A stretch of 64,000 nucleotides of DNA from Candidatus Hadarchaeota archaeon (GCA_964621445.1 CAZUNO010000002.1:96001-160000); one strand, 5' to 3'. Shown: positions 9,579 through 19,539, counted from the first letter of the stretch. Numbers and translations: made by a program. The notes: generated by a model from the letters alone, not told the origin.

Positions 9579-10673
9579 CTAGTTCCCGGTACCCATTGCC
9601 CGGGTTACTTCCTCAAAGGCATCCATAGTTCGGTTCACGTCCTCTAAGGTCGTCGAGCCCAAGTGCGCTATGCGAATTATATTTTCCTTGTAATCCTCGT
9701 GTCCAGTAGCAACTATGATGTCGTGTTCCCGGTCCATTCTGGACTGGATCTCGGTAGCCGACATCGATCTGGGCATCTTAATTGCAGTAAGGGTCCTTGA
9801 ATAGTTCTTTTCAAGAGGGGGAAAGAGCTCGAAGCCAAGTTCCGTTACCCGTCTCCGGGCTAGCTGTGCCATATTCCTATGCCGCTCAAATCTGGCTTGG
9901 ACTCCCTCCTCCATAATCTCGTCGAGGGCCGCCCGCAAGGCAAAGAGAAGCGACTCGCTCTGGGTGAAAGGTGTCTGTCCCTTGCTTCTTCTATCTCTCG
10001 ATCGGTACCTTCGGAGATCAAGATAGTACGACCTTGGACTCGTATCCTCCATAAGGCCCCAGGCCTTCTCACTGACGGAAATCATTGATAGCCCTGGTGG
10101 ACAACCAAAGGCCTTCTGAGTTCCCGCCACACACATATCGACCTTCCACTCATCCACTGGAATATCATCCCCTCCCATGGAGGAAACGGCATCCACGATT
10201 AGAAGGCCATCCTTATCCGACAGGAAATCACCAATTCTTGAAAGGTCAACACGTACCCCGGAAGACGTCTCATTTTGAACAACGGCCACGGCCTTAACTT
10301 CTCCGCTGTACAATGATTTGATCTGGGGCAATATCGGTGCTTGTCCCCAGGGCAATTGAATATCCAAGGGCTGGCCGCCATAACTCTGTATTATCTGCCT
10401 AAACCTAGCGCTGAACTTTCCATAAACGGGGACTATAACCTTGTCACCGGGAGATATCCAAGAGGATATGGCTGCATCCATTCCAGAGGTCGAGGACCCT
10501 GAAATGATGTGAATTTCATTCTCTGTTTGGTATACCTTCTTCAAATCCTCTCGGATTTCGTAGACATAATCCCCAAAAGCCTCGGTCCTGTGAGCACACA
10601 TCTGGGATGATAGAGCCTCCAATACCATTTTGGAAAGCATGGTTGGGCCGGGGATCATCAGAAGCTTTTTCAT
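9579..10673 (-). CDS. Class V PLP aminotransferase (alanine-glyoxylate/serine-pyruvate family)
   Basis: LMIPGPT, NETSSG, VDAVSSMGG, GTQKAFGCPPG, TPFT. Confidence 0.92.
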   Translation of the reverse strand: MKKLLMIPGPTMLSKMVLEALSSQMCAHRTEAFGDYVYEIREDLKKVYQTENEIHIISGSSTSGMDAAISSWISPGDKVIVPVYGKFSARFRQIIQSYGGQPLDIQLPWGQAPILPQIKSLYSGEVKAVAVVQNETSSGVRVDLSRIGDFLSDKDGLLIVDAVSSMGGDDIPVDEWKVDMCVAGTQKAFGCPPGLSMISVSEKAWGLMEDTSPRSYYLDLRRYRSRDRRSKGQTPFTQSESLLFALRAALDEIMEEGVQARFERHRNMAQLARRRVTELGFELFPPLEKNYSRTLTAIKMPRSMSATEIQSRMDREHDIIVATGHEDYKENIIRIAHLGSTTLEDVNRTMDAFEEVTRAMGTGN

Positions 10674-10730
10674 ACCTTATCTCCAATTTCGGGGAGAGAG
10701 TTCTTTTAAATATTCGCGCCTTCACTCTTA

Positions 10731-11429
10731 GTGGAGGAGTTCATTTTGAAAACCGGTTTTGCATTCAAATCCTCGATAATTCTCCTCGCTCTGTACATAG
10801 TATTTGGACTCCTTCAAGCGCCCTCATATCTAAAGGTGGACCCTCAGGCATCCCTCAGCGAATCCCTGGCCTCGGTTTTCATATTTTCTGGAATTCTATT
10901 ACCCTGTGCATACTGGGGGGCAAGAATTGAGCCCGAAGGCCTGCCAATTCTTGCCAATTTTCTCGAACAACGCAAAACAGGTATGAAACCGGTTGTGAAG
11001 ACCATCTTGTTTGGACTTGGGTTTGCTGTACTGGCCTTTGCAGCAAACGTCATCATAACCTTCCTATTTCAGGAGTTTTGGTTAGCACCAACTACGCAGG
11101 ATTATGTGTTAAAATTTTCTCTTCTGGACAAGTTGACTACGTCCATCTCCTCGGGAATTTGGGAGGAAACTATCTTCAGGCTGTTTTTAATTGGAGCTCT
11201 TTCCTCCCTCTTCCGAACCAGGATAGGAGGGGTTTTGGTGGCCAATGGGATTTTCACCTACATGCATGTGATCTTCCAGGATCCTCCCTATAACCTTCCT
11301 GCTCTCATAATAGTGTTCATTATCGGTTTGGTATATTCAAGATGTTTTCTGGAAAGGGGCCTCGGTTCTGCCATAACCTGCCATGCGGGAATGAACCTGT
11401 TATCCATGCTACTAGCCCCGGCAATATAG
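10731..11429 (+). CDS. CPBP (CAAX/Abi) intramembrane metalloprotease
   Basis: EETIFR, FTYMH and HAGMN motifs; multiple TM segments. Confidence 0.85.
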   Translation: MEEFILKTGFAFKSSIILLALYIVFGLLQAPSYLKVDPQASLSESLASVFIFSGILLPCAYWGARIEPEGLPILANFLEQRKTGMKPVVKTILFGLGFAVLAFAANVIITFLFQEFWLAPTTQDYVLKFSLLDKLTTSISSGIWEETIFRLFLIGALSSLFRTRIGGVLVANGIFTYMHVIFQDPPYNLPALIIVFIIGLVYSRCFLERGLGSAITCHAGMNLLSMLLAPAI

Positions 11430-11437
11430 AGGCCCCT

Positions 11438-12253
11438 TTAGGAAATCAGCACCAGGGCATCAAAAAGGGCTGACCCCACGGAATGGGTAATCCAGCTGGG
11501 AATGATTGATTTGCTTCTATAGTTGGCCCATCCAAATATTATGCCGGCCACCAAAGCGTAAGGAACCTCGATCGACGGCTTCCCCAGATGTAGGTAGGCA
11601 TAGGGAATGCTCTGAAATACTATTGCTCCCCACTTAGATTTCTTAGCGAATGTGAAGAGAACTAATCCCCGGAAGAAGAACTCACCCGCGAGCATTATTC
11701 CGGTAAAGATCAATTCGTAATATACGAAGTCACCAACGGTGACCGTGCCTCCATTATCCCAAATTGGATAGTATCCCCTCATCCCAGGTACGAACAGGCC
11801 AACTAGGGAAGCCAACAGGGCTAGAGTCAGGAGAAGGGCGGTGGTCCGAGCTGTTTTCCTACCGATTCCCAGTGAAAGCCCAATGGCCCTGAAATATATA
11901 CCCCCCTTGGCCAGCCAGAATAGACAAAGAGGTACTGCAAGGTAGATAAGGAGGTCCTCTAGCATCCGAGATTCGAGAGTTCTGAAGAACATGAGCTGAT
12001 CGGACATGGGAACTGCGAATACAAGGCCAGCCACCAGTATCTCCTCGGAACTCCACCTACAATACAGACCCACACCCAGGGATAACAATAGCCCGGGAAG
12101 TAAAACGTAGCTTTTATGATTCGGACCCGGGAAGCTGGCTAGTTTAAGGTATAGTAAGCAGAAAACCGCAAAACCGGAAATAATAGCTATCCTTCGAAAT
12201 GTAACCACGGTTAACCTAATAGGGGGTCTCGGATATTTGTGTTCCTTTGTCAA
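11438..12253 (-). CDS. CPBP (CAAX/Abi) intramembrane metalloprotease
   Basis: GEFFFRG, YAYLHLGK, SWITH motifs; hydrophobic. Confidence 0.82.
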   Translation of the reverse strand: MTKEHKYPRPPIRLTVVTFRRIAIISGFAVFCLLYLKLASFPGPNHKSYVLLPGLLLSLGVGLYCRWSSEEILVAGLVFAVPMSDQLMFFRTLESRMLEDLLIYLAVPLCLFWLAKGGIYFRAIGLSLGIGRKTARTTALLLTLALLASLVGLFVPGMRGYYPIWDNGGTVTVGDFVYYELIFTGIMLAGEFFFRGLVLFTFAKKSKWGAIVFQSIPYAYLHLGKPSIEVPYALVAGIIFGWANYRSKSIIPSWITHSVGSALFDALVLIS

Positions 12254-12256
12254 ACT

Positions 12257-12556
12257 CTAAGGCCCTACCGGCGTGCCGCAATATGGACAGAATTCTGCGT
12301 TTTCGGGCAACTCCTCGCCACAGGTATCGCAACGGCTCTTGGCATGCTTGGTCATCCGGTATATCTGGAAATAAAAGAAGAGAAAGCCCGATATGGCGGC
12401 TGCCACAAGTCCAAACACCAGCGAGAGAAATACTAGTCCCACCGTGACTATTATACCCGGTTCTATGGCAACGTATAGGAAATATCCAAGCAAAAAGGCG
12501 GACAGACCACCCACTACCAAACCTGCTATCAAAGGTCTAAAGTAATGTCTACTCAT
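12257..12556 (-). CDS. Two-TM membrane protein with C-terminal zinc ribbon
   Basis: Two hydrophobic helices, then CDTCG..FCPYCG; start inferred at MSRHYF. Confidence 0.7.
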   Translation of the reverse strand: MSRHYFRPLIAGLVVGGLSAFLLGYFLYVAIEPGIIVTVGLVFLSLVFGLVAAAISGFLFFYFQIYRMTKHAKSRCDTCGEELPENAEFCPYCGTPVGP

Positions 12557-12649
12557 TATATAATGGCGAAGGTACCTTCCCAGTCGCACTCTGATCAATC
12601 CGACCAAACCTTCTAAACTGGTACGATTTGTGGGCCCCTATTACTGTTT

Positions 12650-12946
12650 CTAGGATTCCTCTTCCGGAGATGGGAAGTTCTTCTCCAGGACGTGCCTGGG
12701 TTCAATGTCCTCCAACTGGTTCCTGTCCTGGTATATCTTGGCGAAACCTCTGTCTCTCCCCCAACCGTATTCCGTCTCAATCCCGTCAACAATCGTCATC
12801 TCATCCTTGGAATTTAGCTCCGCTCGTAGCAGGCCCCTAACGTCCTCAAGGGACGGAGTAGCCTCTCCGTCATGGAGAACCTCAAACTCTATTTCCTCCC
12901 TTTCCAGGAGCTTGTTCTCCGTTCTGTTCTTTATTTCAATTTCCAT
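12650..12946 (-). CDS. rps24e: 30S ribosomal protein S24e
   Basis: ENKLLEREEI.F.V.H..ATPS, TEYG, GFAKIY; canonical position. Confidence 0.95.
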   Translation of the reverse strand: MEIEIKNRTENKLLEREEIEFEVLHDGEATPSLEDVRGLLRAELNSKDEMTIVDGIETEYGWGRDRGFAKIYQDRNQLEDIEPRHVLEKNFPSPEEES

Positions 12947-13466
12947 CTGTCGACACCCTCGTCCTTTCCAGAATGGATTTGACGGCCTTCTTTGATCTGG
13001 AATCTACATCAACTACGACTATCCCGTGGCCAGGTTGACCATATAAAACAAGGGAACCGAGCGGAGCCTTGTCAATTGCGGGAAGTCCTAGCAGGTCCTC
13101 CTCGCCCAGAACCTCAACCGCAAACTGCCCTGAAAGGCTTATTAATCTTTTCAGCACTTCACAGGCTTCCTCGGTAAGGGTACCCGAGGGGTTAACCGTC
13201 CTTCTAATCTCGTATCCCTCCAGAAGATGACGCGGAAAAAGTTCCCTCTTCCTCATGGACATATCATCAAAGACCACAATTTCAGGTCTGAACTCATTTT
13301 CCAGCAGAGTCCTGGAAACCACATCGCCCACGGAAAGGACCATTCCACAAAACCCCTTAACCCTACCCAAGGCCGTGGCCTCTCCCACAACCTGGCCCAG
13401 AGGTTTCGATAACTCCTCTCTGATCTCCGGGTCCTCGAAAATATACTTTACCGCCAAAGGATTCAC
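12936..13466 (-). CDS. GTP-dependent dephospho-CoA kinase (DUF359)
   Basis: SVGDVVS, NPSG, GEEDLL, LYGQPG; conserved position between spt4 and rps24e. Confidence 0.9.
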   Translation of the reverse strand: MNPLAVKYIFEDPEIREELSKPLGQVVGEATALGRVKGFCGMVLSVGDVVSRTLLENEFRPEIVVFDDMSMRKRELFPRHLLEGYEIRRTVNPSGTLTEEACEVLKRLISLSGQFAVEVLGEEDLLGLPAIDKAPLGSLVLYGQPGHGIVVVDVDSRSKKAVKSILERTRVSTDGN

Positions 13467-13655
13467 TCATGAAACGCTTAGAGCGTACTTGCCTTTCTTG
13501 GTTATATTTAGTTTTTCCGCGATTTCCGATTTTTTAGGATCAATTACCACTAGTAGGCCATTCCATCGCGTTGAAAAGGACTCCCCTTTACAGATGGGGC
13601 ACACCCTGCCTTTGGTAACGATATGATGGCAGTCTTGGCATGCTTTGCCCCGCAT
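13467..13655 (-). CDS. spt4: Transcription elongation factor Spt4 (RpoE'')
   Basis: ACQDCH..CPIC..WNGLLVVIDP.KSEIA..GKYAL. Confidence 0.95.
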   Translation of the reverse strand: MRGKACQDCHHIVTKGRVCPICKGESFSTRWNGLLVVIDPKKSEIAEKLNITKKGKYALSVS

Positions 13656-14209
13656 CAGGCCACCTCCCTTTTGTCCTCTTCAATCCACTCCATCTTGCCT
13701 AGCCCGGGTTGCCTCATTGTGAGGGCTATCTTTCCACTAATGGTTGGCCCGCCCTTTATGCTCACGGCCACGATTCTTGCTCTAACCAAATCCCCTTCCC
13801 TGAGCACCCGGTTGCTTTCCTTGCCTATGAATCTAGCGTTCTTCTTATCGTGGATGATAAAATCGTCGGTGATCTGGGAGACGTGGACAAGTCCGTCAAG
13901 CGGACCCAGCCTCACGAAGGCCCCGAAATCTACGAGCTCCACCACTCTTCCCATGGTAAGCTCCTGAAGCTCCGGTATGTAGGTTAAAACCTCGAAAGTG
14001 GTGTCATGATAAGTGGCTCCGTCACCGGGAGTTATTATCCCCTTGCCGACCTCTATTACCTCCATCACACAGATTATGAGGCCAAGGTCCTTATCCAGTA
14101 TGCCTTCATAATCCTCTCTGAGCAGTTTGGCTACCACCTCTTTCTTCTCCTTACCAAAAAGGCTTGGTGGTACGCGAACTGTATCTTTCAATCTCACGAC
14201 TTTATACAT
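13655..14209 (-). CDS. rpo7: DNA-directed RNA polymerase subunit E' (Rpo7)
   Basis: DTVRVPP, PGDGA, FGAFVRLGPLDGLVHVSQI, LTMRQPGLGK. Confidence 0.97.
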   Translation of the reverse strand: MYKVVRLKDTVRVPPSLFGKEKKEVVAKLLREDYEGILDKDLGLIICVMEVIEVGKGIITPGDGATYHDTTFEVLTYIPELQELTMGRVVELVDFGAFVRLGPLDGLVHVSQITDDFIIHDKKNARFIGKESNRVLREGDLVRARIVAVSIKGGPTISGKIALTMRQPGLGKMEWIEEDKREVA

Positions 14210-14247
14210 GACTTCACCTACTGATCAACGTAATTAAATTTAGAAAT

Positions 14248-14645
14248 TCACAAGAAGTCGAGGCGTGAATTACTCCTAACCCCGACTACCTTCACCCCAC
14301 CGGCTTTTAATATGTTTTTCAGGGCCCTGTCATTTGTACACACTATAACCTTCCCTTCCAGGGAGTCAACTAGTTTTAGGATGGCTTTATCCGCGTATTC
14401 CCCACCCGTTTCCATCGTATCCAGATCCGAAATGAGATTTAGGCCCAATCGGGCAGCTGCGGCCGGCTTTCCCTTACCTTTGGATATCTCCTTAAGCTCC
14501 TCATGGACCTGAATTGGTAGTACCACTCGGTATGAACGAGAGAGAAGCCTGTCGAGTTCCTCAAAAATCTGAAATGAGGCCCCGTAAGCACTCATAAAAA
14601 ATTGGTATCCAGCACCACGATTATTTCCTTACTGGACCGTTCCAT
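14248..14645 (-). CDS. PIN-domain (Fcf1/Utp24-like) nuclease, interrupted by a -1 frameshift at 14595-14601
   Basis: ATG at 14645 gives MERSSKEIIVVLDTNFL-stop, carrying the PIN motif VLDTN; the rest (ADKAI, VCTNDRAL) is in the -1 frame at 14595-14248. Confidence 0.8.
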
Positions 14646-15876
14646 ATCCAATCAGTCTCCAGCGATAGCCAATTCTACGGCTTATCGCAGCCCTTGAACC
14701 CACCGAGGTACATACTGGCAATCGTAGCTTCACGTGCGCACCGGATCCCGATAACTTTTCAACCGCTCCGGCGGTACGCGCGGTCCCCACGTTTAGCATG
14801 AGAAGTTCGTTGGTCTTTATCGGTTCGACCTCCATCTCCTTCTCAGTACCCACCACCTTGTCCATCAGGCTTGTATCCAGGTCCAATTCATGCCAAACTT
14901 GAGGAAGATCGCCTGGATGTCCCACCATGTGACCCACGAAAGCATCGGATTTTGTTAGAGAGGGATCTAAATTGGTCCCCAGTCCGATAAGCCCACCTGG
15001 CCTGGCCTCCTCAACAATTGAGTTTTCACGCATTATTGAGGAGATCTCGGTTCTAACCGGTTCCCAGATCGTTCTACCGCCCTCCTCCTTGCGGGAACCG
15101 GGAAGGACCTCTATCTCATCCCCAACCTTTAATATTCCCTGTGACAGGGTTCCACCAATCACTCCACCTACCAGCTCCTGAGGATCGGTGCCAGGCTTGT
15201 TAACGTCGAAGGAACGTGCCACCATCATTATGGGTGGTTTCTCAAGCGATTTCTTGGGAGGCTCGAATTTGGAATCCATGGTCTGAAGAAGTATGTCTAT
15301 ATTAGCCTCCTGTTGGGCCGAAACGGGAACGATGAGGGGGACCGGTATGCTTGATCTTGATATGAAATCCTGTATCTGCTGATAATTGTCCCTGGCCTCC
15401 TTTTCACTAACCAGGTCTATCTTATTCTGAACAACGATTAAATCCTTTACCTTAAGGATCTCCAGTCCCCTCAGGTGTTCCTTTGTCTGGGGTTGAGGGC
15501 AGGACTCGTTGGCTGCCACCACCAGCATGGCGCCATCCATTATAGCCCCACCGGAGAGCATGGTGGCCATCAAGGTCTCGTGACCTGGAGCATCGACGAA
15601 GGAAACCTTCTTCACGGGCACCGTTTCCTCCCCGCATTCCTCACATTTCTCCTTGGTGGTATAGCACTCGGGTTCGCCGCAGCTGGGACATTTCCTAATG
15701 ATGGTATCCGCATACCCCAGTCTGATCGTTATGCCCTTTCTAAGTTCCTCGGAATGAGTATCAGTCCATACGCCGGACAGAGCAGCAGTTAGAGTCGTCT
15801 TTCCGTGATCGACATGCCCCACCATGCCGATATTGACGTGAGGTAGGTCATCAGCGTCCTCGCCATTTTCCGCTAT
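14629..15876 (-). CDS. eif2g: Translation initiation factor aIF2 gamma subunit (start uncertain: ATA at 15876 or ATG at 15825)
   Basis: VNIGMVGHVDHGKTT, GITIRLGYA, DAPGHE, NKID, WRLIGYG. Confidence 0.96.
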   Translation of the reverse strand: MAENGEDADDLPHVNIGMVGHVDHGKTTLTAALSGVWTDTHSEELRKGITIRLGYADTIIRKCPSCGEPECYTTKEKCEECGEETVPVKKVSFVDAPGHETLMATMLSGGAIMDGAMLVVAANESCPQPQTKEHLRGLEILKVKDLIVVQNKIDLVSEKEARDNYQQIQDFISRSSIPVPLIVPVSAQQEANIDILLQTMDSKFEPPKKSLEKPPIMMVARSFDVNKPGTDPQELVGGVIGGTLSQGILKVGDEIEVLPGSRKEEGGRTIWEPVRTEISSIMRENSIVEEARPGGLIGLGTNLDPSLTKSDAFVGHMVGHPGDLPQVWHELDLDTSLMDKVVGTEKEMEVEPIKTNELLMLNVGTARTAGAVEKLSGSGAHVKLRLPVCTSVGSRAAISRRIGYRWRLIGYGTVQ

Positions 15877-15887
15877 CTGAAGACCCC

Positions 15888-16274
15888 CTAGTTGCCTCCC
15901 TCTTCAAGGATCTCCTCAAGAGGAGACTTTCCCTCCTCGGTTACCACGAAGTTCAGTTGCTCGATATCATCGGTTACGATTTCCCCGGCGACGCTCCTTC
16001 TTCTCCTTATGCCTTCCTTTCCCCCCGGGAACCCAGGCCCACCTCTAAGCAGGAGCGAGACTCTACCGGTCCTATGTACCCCTCTCCTCATAGGAAAGCC
16101 CTGCTTGTCCGTTCCCCCGGTGAGCTTTAAAACATATCCAGGTAGGCCAATGAACCCGCCATCGACTTCATCTCCAATCCTGTTATTCATGATTCCGCCC
16201 ATTTTGGATGGGTCTACCTCTACTTGGTAGCTCTTTCCAGTTTTTGGATCATTGACAACTATTTTTGGCAACAA
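15888..16274 (-). CDS. rps6e: 30S ribosomal protein S6e
   Basis: DPKTGKSYQ, IGDEVDG, LTGGTDKQGFPMR, QLN. Confidence 0.95.
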   Translation of the reverse strand: MLPKIVVNDPKTGKSYQVEVDPSKMGGIMNNRIGDEVDGGFIGLPGYVLKLTGGTDKQGFPMRRGVHRTGRVSLLLRGGPGFPGGKEGIRRRRSVAGEIVTDDIEQLNFVVTEEGKSPLEEILEEGGN

Positions 16275-16309
16275 AATCCTCCCAATGCTTTCCGGTAGGA
16301 AGCTTAGGG

Positions 16310-18088
16310 CTAACGACCCCAGAATAGGTCCTTTTCCCTCTTGAGCTCTATGAATTCTTTAAATGTTTTCATTTCCGACGGGCTGAGTGTGGATAATAGC
16401 TTCTCCTGAATTATCTTGGCATCCTCTTCAGGTATATCGACATATAGCTGGTCGCCTTCCTCCAGGTTCCGCCCCACGACTGTCCCGGTTATGGACACGG
16501 CAACTTCCATTCCCTCTTCAGCCTCGGAAACCGTCTCCGACTCGTCCTGAATCTCCTTGGCCATTCCAACCCTTACACCCTTTTCATTTACCAGGGTTCT
16601 TCTAGGATTCAGTTTACCTGCAATTATCTCAACCCCGCAGATCGCCGGTTTGGATCTACGGAATACATATCCAGGGATTATCCTTATCTTGCAGGGAGTA
16701 GTCACCTTCTCCTTGAGAAGTTCTATCTGTCTTTCCTCCCATTCCCTTCTCCAATCATCGTATTCCTCCAGCATTTCAAAGATTACGTCGTTTCTGATCA
16801 GCTTGATATTTTGCTCCTCGATGAATTCCTTGGCATCGCCGGAAACGGGCACGTTGAAACCGAATATTACACCGAGTAATGGATCCTTCCTTGATACTAT
16901 TTGTGCATCGATAGCTTCTCGCTTAGATATCGGCCCTACGTCGGCCAACCTTACATCCACGCCCCTTTCCTTTAGCTGTTCCACGACGGCCTCCAGGGTC
17001 CCAAGAGCATCGGCCTTCACCACAACCCCAATGTCATCGGTGTGGATTCTTATGCCCTTAACCTCCTCCCTTATCATCTCGTCCACCTCTTCCTCTTTTC
17101 CGGGCGGAACGACGAATAGGGGCGAACCTCCCATGGCCTCCTCCAAATCGGGGGCAACGATCTTAACCCCTGCTGCGGCGGTCACTTCGGAAACCTGCTT
17201 GAAACGTTCCTTGGGATCCCTCATTTCATCGAGTGGTTTGGGGAGAAGGAGGGCCCTGATCTTGGTGTGAATTATGTCCATTCGACCTGGAAGGGCTATG
17301 GTGTCATTCTTATGGATTATTCCATCGTAGACTATGGCGTGAACCGTTTTTCCGGTCCCCGCCTCCTCCTTAACTTCGAGCACCGTTGACTTGCCGGGCC
17401 CCTCTACCTCAATGTTCAGGGATTCCTCAAGATATCTCTGGGTTATGCCAGCTATGAACACTATTAGGTCCTGTATTCCCTCACCCGTTTCTGCCGAGAC
17501 GGGGACGATGCATATGTCCCTTGTGAAATCCTTGACTCTGTCAAACCTCTCCGATCTGTAGCCTAGATCATGCAATTTTCCAATTAGCTCATAGGTGAGG
17601 TCGCTCAATTCCTGAACAGGGGTATCAGACTGCTTCTTCATTGATTCCAAAATGCTGGCGTTAGGAATCGGCTGCCAGCCGGTGATTTTGTCTATCTTGT
17701 TAAAGGCGATTATGAAGGGGGTCTTGAATATTTTGAGTATCTCGAGTGCTTCCTTGGTTTGGGGCATTATACCCTCGTTTACGTCAATTACCAGAACCGC
17801 GAAATCGGCTATCGACCCCCCTCTTCTCCTGAGATTGGTGAACGCCTCATGTCCAGGGGTATCTATGAAAAGAAGACCGGGTACATCTATCTCGAACCCG
17901 CCCTCTTCCATTAGCTTACCGCTGATGGCCTTTAAAGCTTCCAGGGGCACGTAGGAGGCGCCTATGGCCTGAGTAATAGCACCGGCCTCTCTGGCCATCA
18001 CCGTTGTTCCACGGATCTTGTCGAGCAAAGCTGTTTTACCGTGGTCCACATGCCCGAGAACCGATATCACGGGCTGTCTTAGCACCAA
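16310..18088 (-). CDS. infB: Translation initiation factor aIF5B (IF-2)
   Basis: LRQPVISVLGHVDHGKT, EAGAITQ, DTPGHEAF, NKID, FRRSKPAI. Confidence 0.97.
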   Translation of the reverse strand: MVLRQPVISVLGHVDHGKTALLDKIRGTTVMAREAGAITQAIGASYVPLEALKAISGKLMEEGGFEIDVPGLLFIDTPGHEAFTNLRRRGGSIADFAVLVIDVNEGIMPQTKEALEILKIFKTPFIIAFNKIDKITGWQPIPNASILESMKKQSDTPVQELSDLTYELIGKLHDLGYRSERFDRVKDFTRDICIVPVSAETGEGIQDLIVFIAGITQRYLEESLNIEVEGPGKSTVLEVKEEAGTGKTVHAIVYDGIIHKNDTIALPGRMDIIHTKIRALLLPKPLDEMRDPKERFKQVSEVTAAAGVKIVAPDLEEAMGGSPLFVVPPGKEEEVDEMIREEVKGIRIHTDDIGVVVKADALGTLEAVVEQLKERGVDVRLADVGPISKREAIDAQIVSRKDPLLGVIFGFNVPVSGDAKEFIEEQNIKLIRNDVIFEMLEEYDDWRREWEERQIELLKEKVTTPCKIRIIPGYVFRRSKPAICGVEIIAGKLNPRRTLVNEKGVRVGMAKEIQDESETVSEAEEGMEVAVSITGTVVGRNLEEGDQLYVDIPEEDAKIIQEKLLSTLSPSEMKTFKEFIELKREKDLFWGR

Positions 18089-18117
18089 CTTATCGCCTCC
18101 TATTTACCTGAGCGAGG

Positions 18118-18585
18118 TTAAATCTCGTAGATTGAGGACGACGGCAACCGGTAGTCGAATATCTCCCCGCTGTCGAAGTACAACTCTATCTCCCTGGCGG
18201 CTGACTCCGGTGAATCGGAGGCGTGCACCAGATTGAATATGACCGTCCTTCTCTCAAGCGCCAAATCCCCCCGTATGCTTCCCGGACTGGCCTCCGAGGG
18301 ATCCGTTGAACCCACCATTTTTCTCATCGCTGCCACCGCCTTTCGGCCCTCTATCACCATGGCCACGCTGGGAGCCGAGGATATGTAATTGACCAGGAGC
18401 TCATAGTAGGGTTTTCCCACGTGATCCTCGTAGTGCTTTTCAGCATCCTCCCTCTGCAGCCACACGAATTTCAGGCCCAGTATCTTTAGACCTTTGTTCT
18501 CAATTCTGCGAATTGTTTCGCCCACTAACCCTCTTAGAACGCCGTCGGGCTTTATCATAACGAAGGTCCTTTCTCTCCGGGGCAA
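18118..18585 (-). CDS. ndk: Nucleoside-diphosphate kinase
   Basis: [27 protein letters not shown]. Confidence 0.97.
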   Translation of the reverse strand: MPRRERTFVMIKPDGVLRGLVGETIRRIENKGLKILGLKFVWLQREDAEKHYEDHVGKPYYELLVNYISSAPSVAMVIEGRKAVAAMRKMVGSTDPSEASPGSIRGDLALERRTVIFNLVHASDSPESAAREIELYFDSGEIFDYRLPSSSIYEI

Positions 18586-18587
18586 GA

Positions 18588-18863
18588 TCAGTCCTCCGAT
18601 TCCTCGTCTTCATCTTCCTCTGATGATTCGTCTGAATCGGGTTTCTCTTCCTGTTCCTCGGGCTGGGGCGGCGTTGGGCCCTTTTCGTAGGATTCCGTCC
18701 ATTTCAGGTTTCTGGCTTTTCTTCCCAGCTTGAGCATGTTCTTTTCGCATTTATGGCTACAGAAGTAGTAGCGCTGATTATCATTACGAACATACATCAC
18801 ACCTGTTCCTGGCTCGATCTCCTTCCCGCAGAAGGAGCAATTTACCTTTAGTGGCAATGTCAA
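18588..18863 (-). CDS. rpl24e: 50S ribosomal protein L24e with acidic tail
   Basis: [27 protein letters not shown]. Confidence 0.95.
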   Translation of the reverse strand: MTLPLKVNCSFCGKEIEPGTGVMYVRNDNQRYYFCSHKCEKNMLKLGRKARNLKWTESYEKGPTPPQPEEQEEKPDSDESSEEDEDEESED

Positions 18864-18868
18864 GACCT

Positions 18869-19087
18869 CTATGGAGTCGATATCTCTCTTGCCTCACGCT
18901 CCGTTTCACGGAGCATGAGAACATCGCCCACTCTAACCGGTCCTTTGGTGTTCCTTCTAATTATCCTTCCCTTGTCTCGCCCGGCCAGAATCCTGCACCT
19001 TACCTGGATTACCTCACCGTAAACTCCGGTTCTACCCCGGACCTCTATTACCTCTGCTGGAATTGACTCGGGCATCTCTTCCGACAA
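18869..19087 (-). CDS. rps28e: 30S ribosomal protein S28e
   Basis: [32 protein letters not shown]. Confidence 0.96.
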   Translation of the reverse strand: MSEEMPESIPAEVIEVRGRTGVYGEVIQVRCRILAGRDKGRIIRRNTKGPVRVGDVLMLRETEREAREISTP

Positions 19088-19119
19088 TGATATTCACCAG
19101 GACCTAAACGGATTCTATT

Positions 19120-19539
19120 TTAACTACTCTCCTCGGCGTCCTCCTCTGACGCCTCTTCCTGGGGGAGTTCCTCTCCTCGCCTCAGGGCCTCCAAGTTCTC
19201 CATGATCTCATTGAATGTGGAACCGGCCTTGCCAGGTTTCACAACTGCCACGGCGGCGGTTGGCACCTCAAGACCTGCTGCCATTCCAAGTTCATCCTTG
19301 CTAGGAACGAAGAGGAAGGATATCCCTTTCTCCTCGCAGAGTAATGGAAGATGAGCTATCACTTCTTCCGGGTCCACATCCTTGGCAAGGTATACCAGTT
19401 TGGCCTGGCCCCTTTCCACGGTTTTGGTTACCTCATTAGATCCTTTTTTCACCCTTCCCGTGTCTCGGGCCAACTCCAATGCATCGTAAGCGTCCTCGGT
19501 CAGTTCCTTTGGAACTTCATATTCATCGAACAACGACAA
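19120..19539 (-). CDS. rpl7ae: 50S ribosomal protein L7Ae
   Basis: [32 protein letters not shown]. Confidence 0.96.
   Translation of the reverse strand: MSLFDEYEVPKELTEDAYDALELARDTGRVKKGSNEVTKTVERGQAKLVYLAKDVDPEEVIAHLPLLCEEKGISFLFVPSKDELGMAAGLEVPTAAVAVVKPGKAGSTFNEIMENLEALRRGEELPQEEASEEDAEESS

Noticed and set aside
16557-17270. Long + strand ORF (237 aa), and similar antisense ORFs such as 30963-31523 and 53833-54447
   Set aside because: These are Ser/Thr-rich antisense shadows of well-supported minus-strand genes
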